The notes: a model not told the origin generated them from the sequence alone. 64,000 nucleotides of DNA from Nitrospirota bacterium (GCA_963790205.1 CAWBNQ010000008.1:192001-256000); one strand, 5' to 3'. Positions 43,227-55,583 are shown, counted from the first letter of the stretch. A program made the numbers and translations.

Positions 43227-45074
43227 ATGGTCAAGAGAAGTGTTGTGGCAGTGGCTATGATTTGGTGTGTGTCGGCATCGGCAGCGCCGGTGGTCATGGC
43301 GGATGATACCGGGGTGCAATTAAAGGAAGTGGTGGTTACGGCCACGAAAACGGAGAAAGAGCCGCAAGACGTGACACAGACGGTCACGGTCATCACCGCC
43401 GACGATATTCAGAAGTCGGGGGCAACGACCGCAGCCGAGGTCGTCGAACGGGTAGCCGGCGTTGAGGTGAATGACTACGGAGCAAAAGGTTCAACGAGTA
43501 GTATCAATATCAGGGGGGCGAATTACGAGCAAGTCCTGGTGCTTTTGGACGGCAGACGGCTGAACTCTGCGAGCGCCGGGGGGTTCGATATGGCCGATTT
43601 GCCGGTGTCTCTTGAAGACATCGAAAGGATCGAGATCGTACGCGGCCCTTCTTCCGCGTTGTATGGCGCGGACGCCGTTGGAGGCGTCGTTAACATTATT
43701 ACAAAAAAACCGACGGGAGCATCGACGACGGTCACCGGCGCGGCGGGGAGCCACGGCTACGAGTCGCTCTCGCTCAGCAATTCGAATAAGCTTGATAAGT
43801 TTTATTACACGCTCTCCGCCGGCAGGGAGAAGTCCGCGGGTTTTCGCATGAACAGCGACCTTGATCAGGGTACGGTGGGAGCAAAGCTGGGCTACGAGAT
43901 CAATCCAGATTCGAACGTGGAATTCGAGACGGATTATCTCGGGAAAGAGATCGGCGTACCCGGCTCTATCCAATTTCCGAGCCCGCTGGCGCGACAGTGG
44001 GACCGCAACCTGGGCTCATCCCTGACGTATAAAACTAAATTCTCCAAGGAGCTCGATCTCAAGCTGAACATGTATCAGACCCGTGACGACCTCATCTATA
44101 TAAATCCTGACCCGCTATTTTCGGTGAACAGCAAACACCGAGGCATAGCGACCGGCGGAGAGGCCCAAACCAATTGGCTTGCCAACTCATGGAACCAGCT
44201 TACCTTCGGTATGGAGTCAAAACAGGACCACCTTACAAGCACCGATGCGGGGGTGCATACGGCATCGCTCCAGTCCGCCTATCTCCAGGATGAAATTTCC
44301 CTTGGTGAGCCGCTCATTGTCGTTATTGGTGATCGATATGATAATCATTCGCTCTACGGCGATAAGGCCAGTCCCAAGGTGAGTGCGCGCTATCTCATTG
44401 CCGGGCCGGGAACCATTATCAGGGCCTCGGCGGGCGAAGCCTTCAGGGCGCCTACGCTGAACGAACTCTTTTGGACCTTTGACGGCTTTGAGAAAGGAAA
44501 CCGGGACCTCTTGCCCGAGACTTCGAAAGAATACGAAGCGGGGATCGAACAACCGTTCGGAAAAGGAAACTCGGTCAAGGTCTCCTATTTTGAACGAAAG
44601 ATCAATAATCTCATCCAATGGGTGCCGGATTCGAGCTTCATATACAGCCCCATCAATATCGGAAAGGCCCGCATCACGGGAACGGAATCGGAGGCCAGGT
44701 TCACGCCCTTCGAGCTGCTGACTTGGGCGGTCAACTATACTTATATGAACGCGGTGGATGAAACTTCGGGGGCGAGGATATATGATGTTATCCCTTCGGA
44801 TCAGCTCAAGAGCTATGTCAACCTTGCACTTCCAACAAAGACGAATTTATATATAGAAGGCAGGTGGGTGAAAAACTACGTGAAGCCCGGAGATCCGTCA
44901 TGGCACTACACCGCTGTCGATGGGAAAATCAGCCAGATGGTCGCGGTCAGCCAAGGCGTGAAGGCCGATGTGTTCGTCGGCGTTAAGAATGCCTTCAACC
45001 GTCAATACGAAATCGTCAGAGGTTATCCCATGCCGCGTGAGGAAATGTACGGAGGTGTTTCGGTCCGGTTCTAG
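43227..45074 (+). CDS. btuB: TonB-dependent cobalamin receptor
   Basis: TonB box VVVTATK, plug IERIEIVRGPSSALYGADAVGGV, terminal Phe; behind a B12 riboswitch. Confidence 0.88.
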   Translation: MVKRSVVAVAMIWCVSASAAPVVMADDTGVQLKEVVVTATKTEKEPQDVTQTVTVITADDIQKSGATTAAEVVERVAGVEVNDYGAKGSTSSINIRGANYEQVLVLLDGRRLNSASAGGFDMADLPVSLEDIERIEIVRGPSSALYGADAVGGVVNIITKKPTGASTTVTGAAGSHGYESLSLSNSNKLDKFYYTLSAGREKSAGFRMNSDLDQGTVGAKLGYEINPDSNVEFETDYLGKEIGVPGSIQFPSPLARQWDRNLGSSLTYKTKFSKELDLKLNMYQTRDDLIYINPDPLFSVNSKHRGIATGGEAQTNWLANSWNQLTFGMESKQDHLTSTDAGVHTASLQSAYLQDEISLGEPLIVVIGDRYDNHSLYGDKASPKVSARYLIAGPGTIIRASAGEAFRAPTLNELFWTFDGFEKGNRDLLPETSKEYEAGIEQPFGKGNSVKVSYFERKINNLIQWVPDSSFIYSPINIGKARITGTESEARFTPFELLTWAVNYTYMNAVDETSGARIYDVIPSDQLKSYVNLALPTKTNLYIEGRWVKNYVKPGDPSWHYTAVDGKISQMVAVSQGVKADVFVGVKNAFNRQYEIVRGYPMPREEMYGGVSVRF

Positions 45075-45172
45075 GCAGGAGAAAACCATGTAGTTGCAGA
45101 GTCGCGGAGGGTTCGGGACGGGCTTTTTTGGGCCCTCCGCGCACTCTCTATCCCTGTGGTAAGATATTTATC

Positions 45173-45838
45173 ATGACGTTTCAACGCTCACTCTATACAT
45201 CCGTCTTTATTCATGTCCTGATCTTCGGCAGCGCCATCGCCTTTGCCCAGTTCACCAGGGGTGCGCTCTGGGGAAATCGGGACGCGGTTATGGTATCCCT
45301 TGTCGGTTCCGGGTCGGGATCGGAGGGCAGGATTTTACAAAGAGCGGGACATCGGGAGGCGCGGTCCGAGGACCGGCCGGTTGTGACAGACACGACAACC
45401 GCTCCTGCAATACAGCCGGAAACGCCGGCGCATAAACCATCTGCGCGAGAGGAAACGTCGGTCCCGGCGGATACTGAAAGCAGAAGATCAGGCCATGGCG
45501 ATGCCGGTGCCCGGCAGGGACAGGGGGGGAGCGGGACAACGGGATCGGACCCGGGCGCGCAGTTCGGGCTTATTCCCGCAGAACAGTGGGCTGTTATCGA
45601 GTCGCAAATCGAGCGGTCAAAGAACTATCCTCGAGTGGCGCGGGAGCGGGGCATCCAGGGCGTGGTCCATGTGCGGTTCAAGCTGAAACCAACCGGTGAT
45701 GTGGAAACCGTTGAAATCGTCCAAAGCTCGGGGTATGATATTCTCGACACTGCTTCAGTCCGGACGGTGTACCGCGCCGCTCCGATGCCCTATGTCAGCG
45801 GATGGGTTGAAGTGCCGATGGCGTATGTGCTTAAATGA
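45173..45838 (+). CDS. tonB: Energy transducer TonB
   Basis: N-terminal TM with S..H, linker, [14 protein letters not shown]...SSG..ILD. Confidence 0.88.
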   Translation: MTFQRSLYTSVFIHVLIFGSAIAFAQFTRGALWGNRDAVMVSLVGSGSGSEGRILQRAGHREARSEDRPVVTDTTTAPAIQPETPAHKPSAREETSVPADTESRRSGHGDAGARQGQGGSGTTGSDPGAQFGLIPAEQWAVIESQIERSKNYPRVARERGIQGVVHVRFKLKPTGDVETVEIVQSSGYDILDTASVRTVYRAAPMPYVSGWVEVPMAYVLK

Positions 45839-45861
45839 AAATTCGGGATTCGGGATGCGGG

Positions 45862-46059
45862 ATGAAAGTCAAGAAGACGCGATGTCCGATATGCAGGAAA
45901 GAAGCTTCGTGGGACGATAATCCCTTCAGACCCTTCTGCTCCGAGCGGTGCAGGCTGATCGATCTGGGGAAATGGGCATCGGAAGACTATCGGATCGCGG
46001 ATGAGAAGAAGGACTTGCCCTGCGATGATCGGGACGAAAAAAATAACTCGCAGAGGTAG
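45862..46059 (+). CDS. yacG: DNA gyrase inhibitor YacG
   Basis: CPIC...[15 protein letters not shown]. Confidence 0.9.
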   Translation: MKVKKTRCPICRKEASWDDNPFRPFCSERCRLIDLGKWASEDYRIADEKKDLPCDDRDEKNNSQR

Positions 46060-46227
46060 ATAATTTATTAAAAATATATTACAATAAGGCAATCAGAAAT
46101 CCTGACACCGAAATCATGCACGATTTCAAAATTCAAGATTCAATGGTTATGGATGTCGGGCGTCGGATATTTTATTCGGTACCGGGATCAGCAATCAGGA
46201 TTTGTCGTAACCAGGAGGCCAGGCTGC

Positions 46228-47367
46228 ATGGAAGTCCGGTGTGGAAAATGTAACAAGCTCTTCCGTGTCTCGGATGACAAAATTGCCGGACCGGGGGTCA
46301 AGTTCGCGTGTTCACGGTGCGGCGAATACGTAAAGATCACGAAGGCAGACTTTGAACAGTACAACCTGTCCCAGGCGACGGCCTCGGTCCTTGCATCCCA
46401 TGAGCCAAAACCAAAAACTGTCAAGGCGTCCCCTGAGACGGCAAGAGATAGGGTTGGTTCAGCTCCCGCCGCAACTCCTCCGGGCTTTGACCTCAGTGAG
46501 CCTCCTGCAAATGAGTTCCCGCCTGAAGACCAGGCCCCGCCGGCATTCGTTAAGCCGGCGCCTGCGCCCCGGCCGGCCCCGGAGCCGCCACCTGTTCAGC
46601 CTAAGCCTCAATCTAAGGTGGGACCCAAAGAATCAAAACCAACAGCACCCGTCATGCAGCCCTCGGTGACGCCGCCCAAACCAGCTGCGGCAGTCAAACC
46701 GGAATCGGGAGCGCATTCTTTCCCGCAAGGGTCGTCGGCCCCTTCCGCGCCAGCAGGTGAAGCGGCGCAGCCTGCCATGCCTCTGTTATCAACACCTTCG
46801 GCAGGGCCTGCTGCTTCTTCCGGAACAGGGAAGAGGCTTTTGGTCTTCATTGCCGTGCTCCTCGTCATCATTCTAGCGGCCGTATTCGGCGCAAAATGGT
46901 ATTTCGGACGGGCTTCACATCAGGTCTCTGACGCCGTTAAAGCGGTGACGTCACCCGAGGGACTGCTGATAACGAGCGCATCGGGCGCCATAGATCCCGG
47001 CACCCAGGATCTGGTCATAACCGGCGTCATCGAAAATACCACGGACAAACCGAGACCGGCCTGGTATGTCGTTGCCGATGTGTACGACGCGCAGAACACG
47101 GTCCTGATCCGGGCGAAAATGCTGAGCGGAAAGCAGATCTATACCCGACGGGATTATGACATTTTCGCCAAACGCGGTTACAATATGCAGGACCTGAAAA
47201 TGAAAATGCAGGAACCGGGAATCATTATCCAGCCCAAAGGTACGGTGAATTTCGAGATCCGTATCATGGAACCGCCGGTCGGTATCGCGAGCTTTAACGC
47301 CACACTTCAACCCTTCGATCCCGTGCAGCTGTTCAAAGAGATCGTTGAAGACCAGAAACAGCAATAA
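46228..47367 (+). CDS. Zinc-ribbon (MJ0042-type), Pro-rich linker, TM and periplasmic domain (DUF3426-like)
   Basis: CGKC...CSRC N-terminus, Pro/Ala-rich middle, single TM, ITGVIEN. Confidence 0.75.
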   Translation: MEVRCGKCNKLFRVSDDKIAGPGVKFACSRCGEYVKITKADFEQYNLSQATASVLASHEPKPKTVKASPETARDRVGSAPAATPPGFDLSEPPANEFPPEDQAPPAFVKPAPAPRPAPEPPPVQPKPQSKVGPKESKPTAPVMQPSVTPPKPAAAVKPESGAHSFPQGSSAPSAPAGEAAQPAMPLLSTPSAGPAASSGTGKRLLVFIAVLLVIILAAVFGAKWYFGRASHQVSDAVKAVTSPEGLLITSASGAIDPGTQDLVITGVIENTTDKPRPAWYVVADVYDAQNTVLIRAKMLSGKQIYTRRDYDIFAKRGYNMQDLKMKMQEPGIIIQPKGTVNFEIRIMEPPVGIASFNATLQPFDPVQLFKEIVEDQKQQ

Positions 47368-47767
47368 CCCGGCGTGCCAAAATCCATCATGTCCATTGCC
47401 CGGTTCCGGTGCCGGGCAAAGCGTCCTCTATGCTGCGTTCCGCCGCATTTTTTTGAAACGGGCTGCGCGCGACGCCGTTCAAAAGCCAGACCATGCCCCT
47501 TAACTCCTTTGTTTCTCCCGCCCGAGTATCTGCGACGCATTTTAAGCCTCAAGCTCTTTCTTGGGGACATGGGTCCGTTCCGGGTGAAAATTCTATTGAA
47601 AAGTCCATCAAGTTAATGTATTGTGCTACCTTGTCAGCCGTCGCCAGGGCTGTCCCGAGGACGGCAGCGATAAATCTAGGGGTTACAGCAAATTTTTTCT
47701 TGACAAATACCGTGGCTATGCTATAAAAACGAAATTTTTATGGTCCGAAAGGCCGGGAGGAAAACAA

Positions 47768-48925
47768 ATGAGTAGTTGTACCAGAAATTACCTTTTTACT
47801 TCGGAATCGGTTACCGAGGGGCATCCTGATAAAATAGCCGACCAGATATCCGACGCGGTCCTCGACGCGCTGCTCACGCAGGACCCCACGAGCCGCGTTG
47901 CGTGCGAGACGCTTTTGACAACCGGTCTTGCGATAGTAGCGGGAGAGATCACGACGAAGGGATACGTTGAGATTCCCGACATCGTACGCCAGACGATCAA
48001 GGACATCGGGTACACCCGCGCAAAGTACGGGTTCGATTACGAGACCTGCGGCGTCATCACCTCGGTTCACTCACAGTCTCCGGATATTGCCATGGGCGTG
48101 GACACCGGCGGGGCCGGCGACCAGGGCCTCATGTTCGGCTATGCCTGCGATGAGACCCCCGAACTTATGCCGATGACCATCATGTTGGCGCACAAACTGA
48201 CCCGGCAGCTGTCCGAAGTGAGAAAGACGGAAGTGCTTCCCTACCTCAGGCCTGACGGAAAATCCCAGGTCACGATCGAGTACCGGGACGGCAAGCCCTA
48301 CAAAATCCACACCATCGTCGTTTCCTCGCAACACAGCCCCGACGTGCACCTCAAGGACCTGCGTGAGGACGTGATCGAGAAGGTTATAAAACCCGTGGTG
48401 CCGAAGCACCTTCTTGACGAAGAAACCATTATTTATCACATCAACCCCACCGGCAGGTTCGTGGTGGGAGGGCCCATGGGAGATACGGGCCTCACCGGAC
48501 GCAAGATCATCGTGGACACCTACGGCGGCGTGGGCAGCCACGGGGGGGGATGCTTCTCGGGCAAGGACCCGTCGAAGGTGGACCGCTCGGCTTCCTATAT
48601 GGCCCGTTACGTTGCAAAAAATATCGTAGCGTCAGGCATCGCGTCGGAAGCAGAGGTGCAGCTCGCCTATGCCATCGGTGTTCCTGAACCGGTTTCCATC
48701 CATGTAGACGACTTCGGCACTGGCAAAGTCGATCACGACAAGCTGGTGAAGATCATCAGAGATAATTTCGACATGACCCCCAAGGGCATCATGACAACCC
48801 TCGATCTTCGCAGGCCCATCTACCGAAAGACCGCGGCCTACGGCCACTTCGGCAGGACCGAACCGGAATTCACCTGGGAGCGGACCGACAAGGCGGCCAA
48901 GATTAAAAAGGACGCGGGGCTCTGA
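47768..48925 (+). CDS. metK: S-adenosylmethionine synthetase
   Basis: [40 protein letters not shown]. Confidence 0.97.
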   Translation: MSSCTRNYLFTSESVTEGHPDKIADQISDAVLDALLTQDPTSRVACETLLTTGLAIVAGEITTKGYVEIPDIVRQTIKDIGYTRAKYGFDYETCGVITSVHSQSPDIAMGVDTGGAGDQGLMFGYACDETPELMPMTIMLAHKLTRQLSEVRKTEVLPYLRPDGKSQVTIEYRDGKPYKIHTIVVSSQHSPDVHLKDLREDVIEKVIKPVVPKHLLDEETIIYHINPTGRFVVGGPMGDTGLTGRKIIVDTYGGVGSHGGGCFSGKDPSKVDRSASYMARYVAKNIVASGIASEAEVQLAYAIGVPEPVSIHVDDFGTGKVDHDKLVKIIRDNFDMTPKGIMTTLDLRRPIYRKTAAYGHFGRTEPEFTWERTDKAAKIKKDAGL

Positions 48926-49119
48926 TTTTGAGACGGCAGAGTTCGCGTAAAGCAAACTGTGCCGAACACCATGCTCCTGCCGCACAGCATAGTTGTACGC
49001 TCGTTACGAGCTTCGGGCGGTATTTCCAGAATGCGGATAGTAACAGGCCGTTCCGGCAGGACCGGCCGTCTAGACTGTTCAACTCTCTATATAAAATATC
49101 ATACGGAGGAGGTAGTAAG

Positions 49120-49713
49120 ATGATGAAGAACGTTATTTTGTTGTTAGCCGCTTTGATGTTGTGTCTGGTCCCGCTAGCGGTTTTTGCCGCGGGCGCCCAC
49201 GACGGGCTGGAGTGCACCGGCTGCCATGCGCTTCATACCGCGAAGGACGGCAAGCTTATCTTTGCCGTGGAAGCGAACAAGAAGGAAATCAATCCCAGGA
49301 CCAAGCAGCCTTACGGCGGGGTCACCGCCCTGTGCCTGGGGTGCCATGATACTCCCGAAAAAGGCGGACAGGGAATCAAGCCCATAGACAGCCACACGAG
49401 CCATCCGTTCGGACTGACCTCGGTGAATTCAAAGATCGCCCGCGTTCCGAGCGAATTCATGAGGGACGGCAAGTTCGAATGTACCAGCTGCCATGACCCG
49501 CATCCCTCGAACACGAATTACAAATATCTCCGGGTCGATACTTCCAATGGTTCGAAGATGGATGTCTTTTGCGCGTCATGTCATCCGATGAAGGCCGATC
49601 CGAAATCCGCGGCAAGCGCGAAAACCACTCTCTTCAACAGCATGGATGAGAACCTGTATAAAGCGTCGGGCTCAGAGGCTCCTGCGGCACCGGCAGCGAA
49701 AAAGAAACAATAG
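49120..49713 (+). CDS. Exported tetraheme cytochrome c
   Basis: Signal peptide; CTGCH, CLGCH, CTSCH, CASCH; GGAGG RBS. Confidence 0.88.
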   Translation: MMKNVILLLAALMLCLVPLAVFAAGAHDGLECTGCHALHTAKDGKLIFAVEANKKEINPRTKQPYGGVTALCLGCHDTPEKGGQGIKPIDSHTSHPFGLTSVNSKIARVPSEFMRDGKFECTSCHDPHPSNTNYKYLRVDTSNGSKMDVFCASCHPMKADPKSAASAKTTLFNSMDENLYKASGSEAPAAPAAKKKQ

Positions 49714-49762
49714 TCACCAGGAATTCGGCAAGGATCGTTTTCTGCGTACATGACAGGAGACA

Positions 49763-49840
49763 GGGCGGACCGAGCCTGAGTTCACCAGGGAAAAGACGGA
49801 TAAGACAGCAAAGCTCAAGAAGGAAGCGGGAGTGAAGTAA
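49763..49840 (+). pseudogene. Diverged duplicate of the metK 3' end
   Basis: Translates [25 protein letters not shown] versus the metK end [24 protein letters not shown]. Confidence 0.8.
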
Positions 49841-49905
49841 TAGCTGATTGCAAAATTTGGATTGTCGCTAGAATCCAGACTATGCCTGAATGGCGTGAAA
49901 ATTAT

Positions 49906-49932
49906 GTAGGGGCAGCCCTGTGTGGCTGCCCT
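49906..49932 (+). repeat. GTAG-type REP-like hairpin
   Basis: GTAG followed by GGGCAGCC-CTGTGT-GGCTGCCC. Confidence 0.6.
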
Positions 49933-50045
49933 CAATATTGTGTGACTTATACTATTTGGCCGTGAAGAGCCGGAATTCAAGTGGGAAGCCACTGACAAGG
50001 CTGCCGCATTGCGCGCAGAAGCAGGACTGTAATTGAAACATCAAC

Positions 50046-50135
50046 CTACCCGTCGAGGGGCGCTGCAGCAGTCACCGCAAGGTGGGTCTGTCAGGCTCGA
50101 TGGGGTGGTTCAACATGCAGCAACGGCGCCCATTC
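50046..50135 (+). ncRNA. SAH riboswitch
   Basis: GAGGGGCGCTGCAG...CAGGCTCG...CAACGGCGCCC core directly upstream of ahcY. Confidence 0.85.
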
Positions 50136-50157
50136 ATTAACCTGAATGGAGAGCTTT

Positions 50158-51555
<1,398 letters not shown>

Positions 51556-51559
51556 GCGG

Positions 51560-51980
51560 GCTGTCGCTTCGCAAGGAGCACTTCCGGGTCATGAAGGACG
51601 GCGCCATCCCTTCAACGTTGAGATTGACCTCGATGCTCTGGACAGGGTGAAAAAGAAGAAGGGGATCATCCGCGACTTCGTTGAAGAATACACCACGCCG
51701 AACGGCGGGAAGATCAATGTTCTTGGAGAGGGCCGGCTCATCAACCTCGCTTCCGCAGAAGGTCATCCTTCGAGCGTGATGGACATGAGCTTTGCCAACC
51801 AGGCGCTTTCCGCCGAGTATGCTCAAGAACGCAAAGAAGCTCAAGAAGCGGGTGTACGGCGTGCCGCAGAACATCGATGCCGAGATTGCCCGGCTCAAGC
51901 TGAACGCCATGGGCATCAAGATCGACAAGCTTACTCCCGAACAGAAGAAGTACCTCGCCTCGTGGGGGATGGGAACGTAG
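51560..51980 (+). pseudogene. ahcY: C-terminal remnant of a second, short-type ahcY
   Basis: RKEHFRVMKDGAI / FNVEID...GRLINLASAEGHPSSVMDMSFANQAL / ...LTPEQKKYLASWGMGT across three frames. Confidence 0.88.
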
Positions 51981-51981
51981 C

Positions 51982-52090
51982 CGAATCCGGGATTCGGAAT
52001 GTTGAATGCGGAATGTGAAAGAGTGCTTGAAACGCTTTCCATTCCGCATTTTTTTCGCTCTTATTCCGCATTCCGCATTCTGCATTCAGA
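51982..52090. repeat. Inverted pair of heptamer tandem repeats (GCGGAAT/ATTCCGC)
   Basis: GGATTCGGAATGTTGAATGCGGAAT ... ATTCCGCATTCCGCATTCTGCATT; other heptamer tracts near 320-350, 4920-5035, 18485-18550, 26378-26406, 32112-32245 and 45840-45863. Confidence 0.75.
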
Positions 52091-52096
52091 ATTGCG

Positions 52097-52975
52097 ATGA
52101 AGCCCTACCTGAAAATCGTCCTCGCCATGCTTATCTGGAGCACCTGGGGCCCGCTGATCCGCTGGATGGCGCTTCCGCCCGTGGTGGTCCTGTTTTATAC
52201 GTCCTTGAGCGCGGGTTTTATCGTTCCCACGGTCTTAAGGATGAGAGGCGATTTTCCCCACGCCATCTTCAGCCTGCAAGCATGGCCGCTCCTTGCCGGA
52301 CTTTCACTTGCTTCGATCACGAACAATGTCGCGTATTTTTACTCCCTGGGGCATACTACGGTTTCGAATGCGGTTTTCAGCCATTATACGGCGCCGGTGA
52401 TAGTCGCCGTGCTTGCACCGTTCCTGATCTCCGAACGTCTGCAGAGAGTGACCCTCATCTCGCTTCCGATGGCCGTTCTGGGCATGATCATGATCGTCGC
52501 AACGGGAGGAGGGCTGAGCCTGAACGGCGCACACACTGCGGGCATCGTCGCCGGCGCACTGTCGGGCCTGGCCTATGCGTTCGTTATTATTTTTTCCCGC
52601 AGTCTCAGCCGATTGCTCCTTCACCATAAGGCGATCATCGTCAATCTCTGGATTACCGCTGCAATCACCGCTCCGGCCGCGCTGACCCTTGACTATCATG
52701 TATCTATGCGCATCGGATTACTTCTCCTGGTCACGGGACTCTTGCACTCCAGCCTTGCTCCGCTCCTGTATTTCAGCGCTCTCAGGCGGGTGCTGGCGCA
52801 GCACGCCGCAATTTTAGGCTACATCGAGCCGCTCGCCGCCATCCCGCTTGCGTTCCTGTTCTTGTCAGAAAAGCCGCCGCTCATGGCCCTGTTCGGAGGC
52901 CTAATGATCCTTTTCTCTGGGTACCTGATTGTTCGTTCTAAAAAAGCCCACAATGGGACTCTGGCGCCGGAATAA
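52097..52975 (+). CDS. EamA/DMT family transporter
   Basis: About ten TM helices in two EamA repeats; YTAP and YIEP motifs. Confidence 0.88.
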   Translation: MKPYLKIVLAMLIWSTWGPLIRWMALPPVVVLFYTSLSAGFIVPTVLRMRGDFPHAIFSLQAWPLLAGLSLASITNNVAYFYSLGHTTVSNAVFSHYTAPVIVAVLAPFLISERLQRVTLISLPMAVLGMIMIVATGGGLSLNGAHTAGIVAGALSGLAYAFVIIFSRSLSRLLLHHKAIIVNLWITAAITAPAALTLDYHVSMRIGLLLLVTGLLHSSLAPLLYFSALRRVLAQHAAILGYIEPLAAIPLAFLFLSEKPPLMALFGGLMILFSGYLIVRSKKAHNGTLAPE

Positions 52976-53218
52976 CACGAAGAGGATTGCACGCCAGCAC
53001 GTTCTCGAGTACATCCCTGGGTTTTACGCGCCGTACAGGTTGATCCCGCTTCTCACCATATCTTTTTCTCCTATCCTTGAAAAATCCTATTTTTACGCTA
53101 TACTTATCCAAGCGACCGGTATTGTTCATGCGCGAAAACGATCATGAACTGTCTCATCACGAACTAAAGTACCGGCCCGTAAAATTACCGGTTCAGATGA
53201 ACCATAAGGAGGCCAGTC

Positions 53219-54289
53219 ATGAACATCGGAATTCAGATAAAACAGTGTGCACTCCTGAAGGTATTCGTATTCATTGTATACGTTTTTTTTACCGCATTTT
53301 CTGTTGGCGCGAGCGCTTATGCGGCAACAGGGGATCAAGACCTTATCAATAAAGCAGGCCAGATTTTCGGCCCGTTGCCGCAATCAATGCCGACGGAGCA
53401 GAACCCGATCACTCCGGCAAAGGTAAAGCTGGGGAAAATGCTCTTTTATGAACTGCGGATATCGATAGACGGTACGGTGAGCTGTGCCAAGTGCCACCCC
53501 ATCAGCCTGTATGCTGCAGACGGATTGAAAAAGGCGAGGGGGAACAACTGCAAGGAAAATCCCCGGAATGCGCCGACCGTTTTCAACGCAGCCGCGCAGA
53601 TTTCCGAACATTGGATCGGCAACAGGACCAGCGTGGAAGACCAGGCGAAACAAGCAGTGACCGGCCCTCCTGCCTTCGGCATGCCGTCCTATGAGTCCGT
53701 GGAAAATATCCTGAAAGGTATGAAAGGGTATGTGACCCTGTTTCAAGATGCCTTCCCGGGAGAGAAAAACCCCGTGACGATCGATAATTTTGCGAAGGCG
53801 ATCGGCGCCTTCGAACGCACACTGGTAACACTCGCACCGTTCGATGACTTCATGAAGGGGAATGCCGGAGCGATGACGGAGCAGCAGAAGAAGGGCCTGA
53901 AAACGTTCCTGGACACCGGGTGCATGACCTGCCATTTCAGCCCCTATGTGGGCGGTCAGATGTATCAGAAATTCGGCGTCTTCGAACCCTATATGAAGTA
54001 CACTAAAAGTGAAAAAATAGACGAAGGACGCTTCGCGGTCACAAAAAACGAGGCTGATAGGTACTTCTTCAAGGTGCCGGTGCTCAGGAACGTGGCCATG
54101 ACCCCGCCGTACTTCCATGACGGTTCCATAGATAAACTCGATCAGGCGGTATGGATCATGGCGAAGATCCAGCTCGGAAAAGATCTGACGAAAGAGGAGA
54201 CAGGTGATATCACGGCATTCCTTTCATCATTGACCGGGCGGATTCCCGAAAACGCTATGACCGTGCCGATTTTACCGGCTATGGAGTAA
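53219..54289 (+). CDS. Di-heme cytochrome c peroxidase (CcpA/MauG family)
   Basis: LGKMLF, CAKCH, RNAPTVFN, CMTCH, FKVPVLRNV..TPPYFHDG. Confidence 0.92.
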   Translation: MNIGIQIKQCALLKVFVFIVYVFFTAFSVGASAYAATGDQDLINKAGQIFGPLPQSMPTEQNPITPAKVKLGKMLFYELRISIDGTVSCAKCHPISLYAADGLKKARGNNCKENPRNAPTVFNAAAQISEHWIGNRTSVEDQAKQAVTGPPAFGMPSYESVENILKGMKGYVTLFQDAFPGEKNPVTIDNFAKAIGAFERTLVTLAPFDDFMKGNAGAMTEQQKKGLKTFLDTGCMTCHFSPYVGGQMYQKFGVFEPYMKYTKSEKIDEGRFAVTKNEADRYFFKVPVLRNVAMTPPYFHDGSIDKLDQAVWIMAKIQLGKDLTKEETGDITAFLSSLTGRIPENAMTVPILPAME

Positions 54290-54352
54290 TACGGTATGCT
54301 ATACTGATATAAAATGACTATTCAAGCGAAGCCGATTTGAAAGGAGATTAAT

Positions 54353-54682
54353 ATGAAGAACATCATTGTTTCAGCGGCAGGAATAGCCCTCTGTGCCGGT
54401 GTCATTATTATTTTATATGGCGGCAATGTATCGGGTGCGAGCCCGTCCGGTGAGGAGTTGTTCAAGCAGAATTGCTCTGTCTGTCATGTAAACGGCGGCA
54501 ATATTATCAACCCGCAGAAGACGCTCCAAAAGAAGGACCGCGAAGCTAATAATATTAAAACGGTGAACGATATCATCAGAATCGTGAGAAATCCCGGGCC
54601 CGGCATGACGAAGTTCGATGAAAAGACCGTTTCGAACAAGGATGCTCATAAGATTGCCGAATATATTTTAAAAACGTTTTGA
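54353..54682 (+). CDS. Monoheme class I cytochrome c, c6-like
   Basis: GEELFKQNCSVCH..GGNII..QKTL, axial Met in PGM. Confidence 0.85.
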   Translation: MKNIIVSAAGIALCAGVIIILYGGNVSGASPSGEELFKQNCSVCHVNGGNIINPQKTLQKKDREANNIKTVNDIIRIVRNPGPGMTKFDEKTVSNKDAHKIAEYILKTF

Positions 54683-54748
54683 CGGGTTTTAATCCGGGGC
54701 GTGCAAAGGATGCCGGTGCTTTTATAAAAGCTCTACATTATTTATTCT

Positions 54749-55162
54749 ATGCCGGAAACTCAATCGGAAGAGAACATACCAGCGGTCACCCGAAATCGCC
54801 GCGTCCATATGGCGAATGAGCGGACGTTTCTCGCCTGGATCAGGACGAGCATCGGGATCATGGCCTTCGGTTTCGTTGTCGAGCGCTTTGCGCTTTTCAT
54901 GAAGCAACTGACATTCTTTCTGGGGAAGAACGAGGTGCCCTCTCATCTTCAGACCGGTCACAGCTACTCGTTGATATTCGGTATTTTCCTCGTCGGCCTT
55001 GGAGTGCTTATCTCCGTACTCGCCTTTGTCCGTTATAAAAGGACCCAACGACAGATAAACGAAGATTCTTTCAGTCCCTCTTCCGGTCTCGATCTCCTCG
55101 TTACGCTGTCGGTCGTTGGTACGGGCCTGTTTTTAATTGGATTTCTTGTTCGCAGCCTATAA
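54749..55162 (+). CDS. DUF202 (YidH) membrane protein
   Basis: ANERTFLAWIRT. Confidence 0.9.
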   Translation: MPETQSEENIPAVTRNRRVHMANERTFLAWIRTSIGIMAFGFVVERFALFMKQLTFFLGKNEVPSHLQTGHSYSLIFGIFLVGLGVLISVLAFVRYKRTQRQINEDSFSPSSGLDLLVTLSVVGTGLFLIGFLVRSL

Positions 55163-55441
55163 GCCGATGCGTCATGGATAAGGAGCCTGATTCGATCATG
55201 AGCGCTCTCATAAAAAAGAGGATCCCGTAATGGCCGTGACCGACACAGGCTTCTTTATGAGAGGCCATTTATAGATTCGGGGATTCAATGCGTGAGAAAT
55301 GTAATACATCATCATGGAAGAAAGCTTCACTTTATAATAATGCACTAAATTGTTACAAATATCATTCGGTTCCGTTAAGTATTAAATTTAATAGTTTCTA
55401 TATTTATTAATGATTAAGATTATTTTATAGATTTATAATTT

Positions 55442-55470
55442 TTGACAAATGACATTTTCTATGCTAACTT
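55442..55470 (+). promoter_or_regulatory. Putative sigma70 promoter of the hydrogenase operon
   Basis: TTGACA-17 nt-TAACTT with extended TG in an AT-rich tract. Confidence 0.5.
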
Positions 55471-55583
55471 TTATACATTGTCACCATAGGTAACATCTTT
55501 CACAACAAGAACGGCTCCACTCTTCATTAACATCTCAGGCTATTCCGAATAATATTTAGGTTTGTTCAAACTATTGAAGGAGG

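Noticed and set aside
47374..47726. Small ORFs or a SAM riboswitch upstream of metK
   Set aside because: The ORFs lack RBS and motifs, and no SAM-I core was recognised. Only a plausible TTGACA promoter near 47700 is visible.
55488..55505. Rex operator
   Set aside because: Only the right half (TTCACAA) matches the TTGTGAA-N4-TTCACAA dyad.
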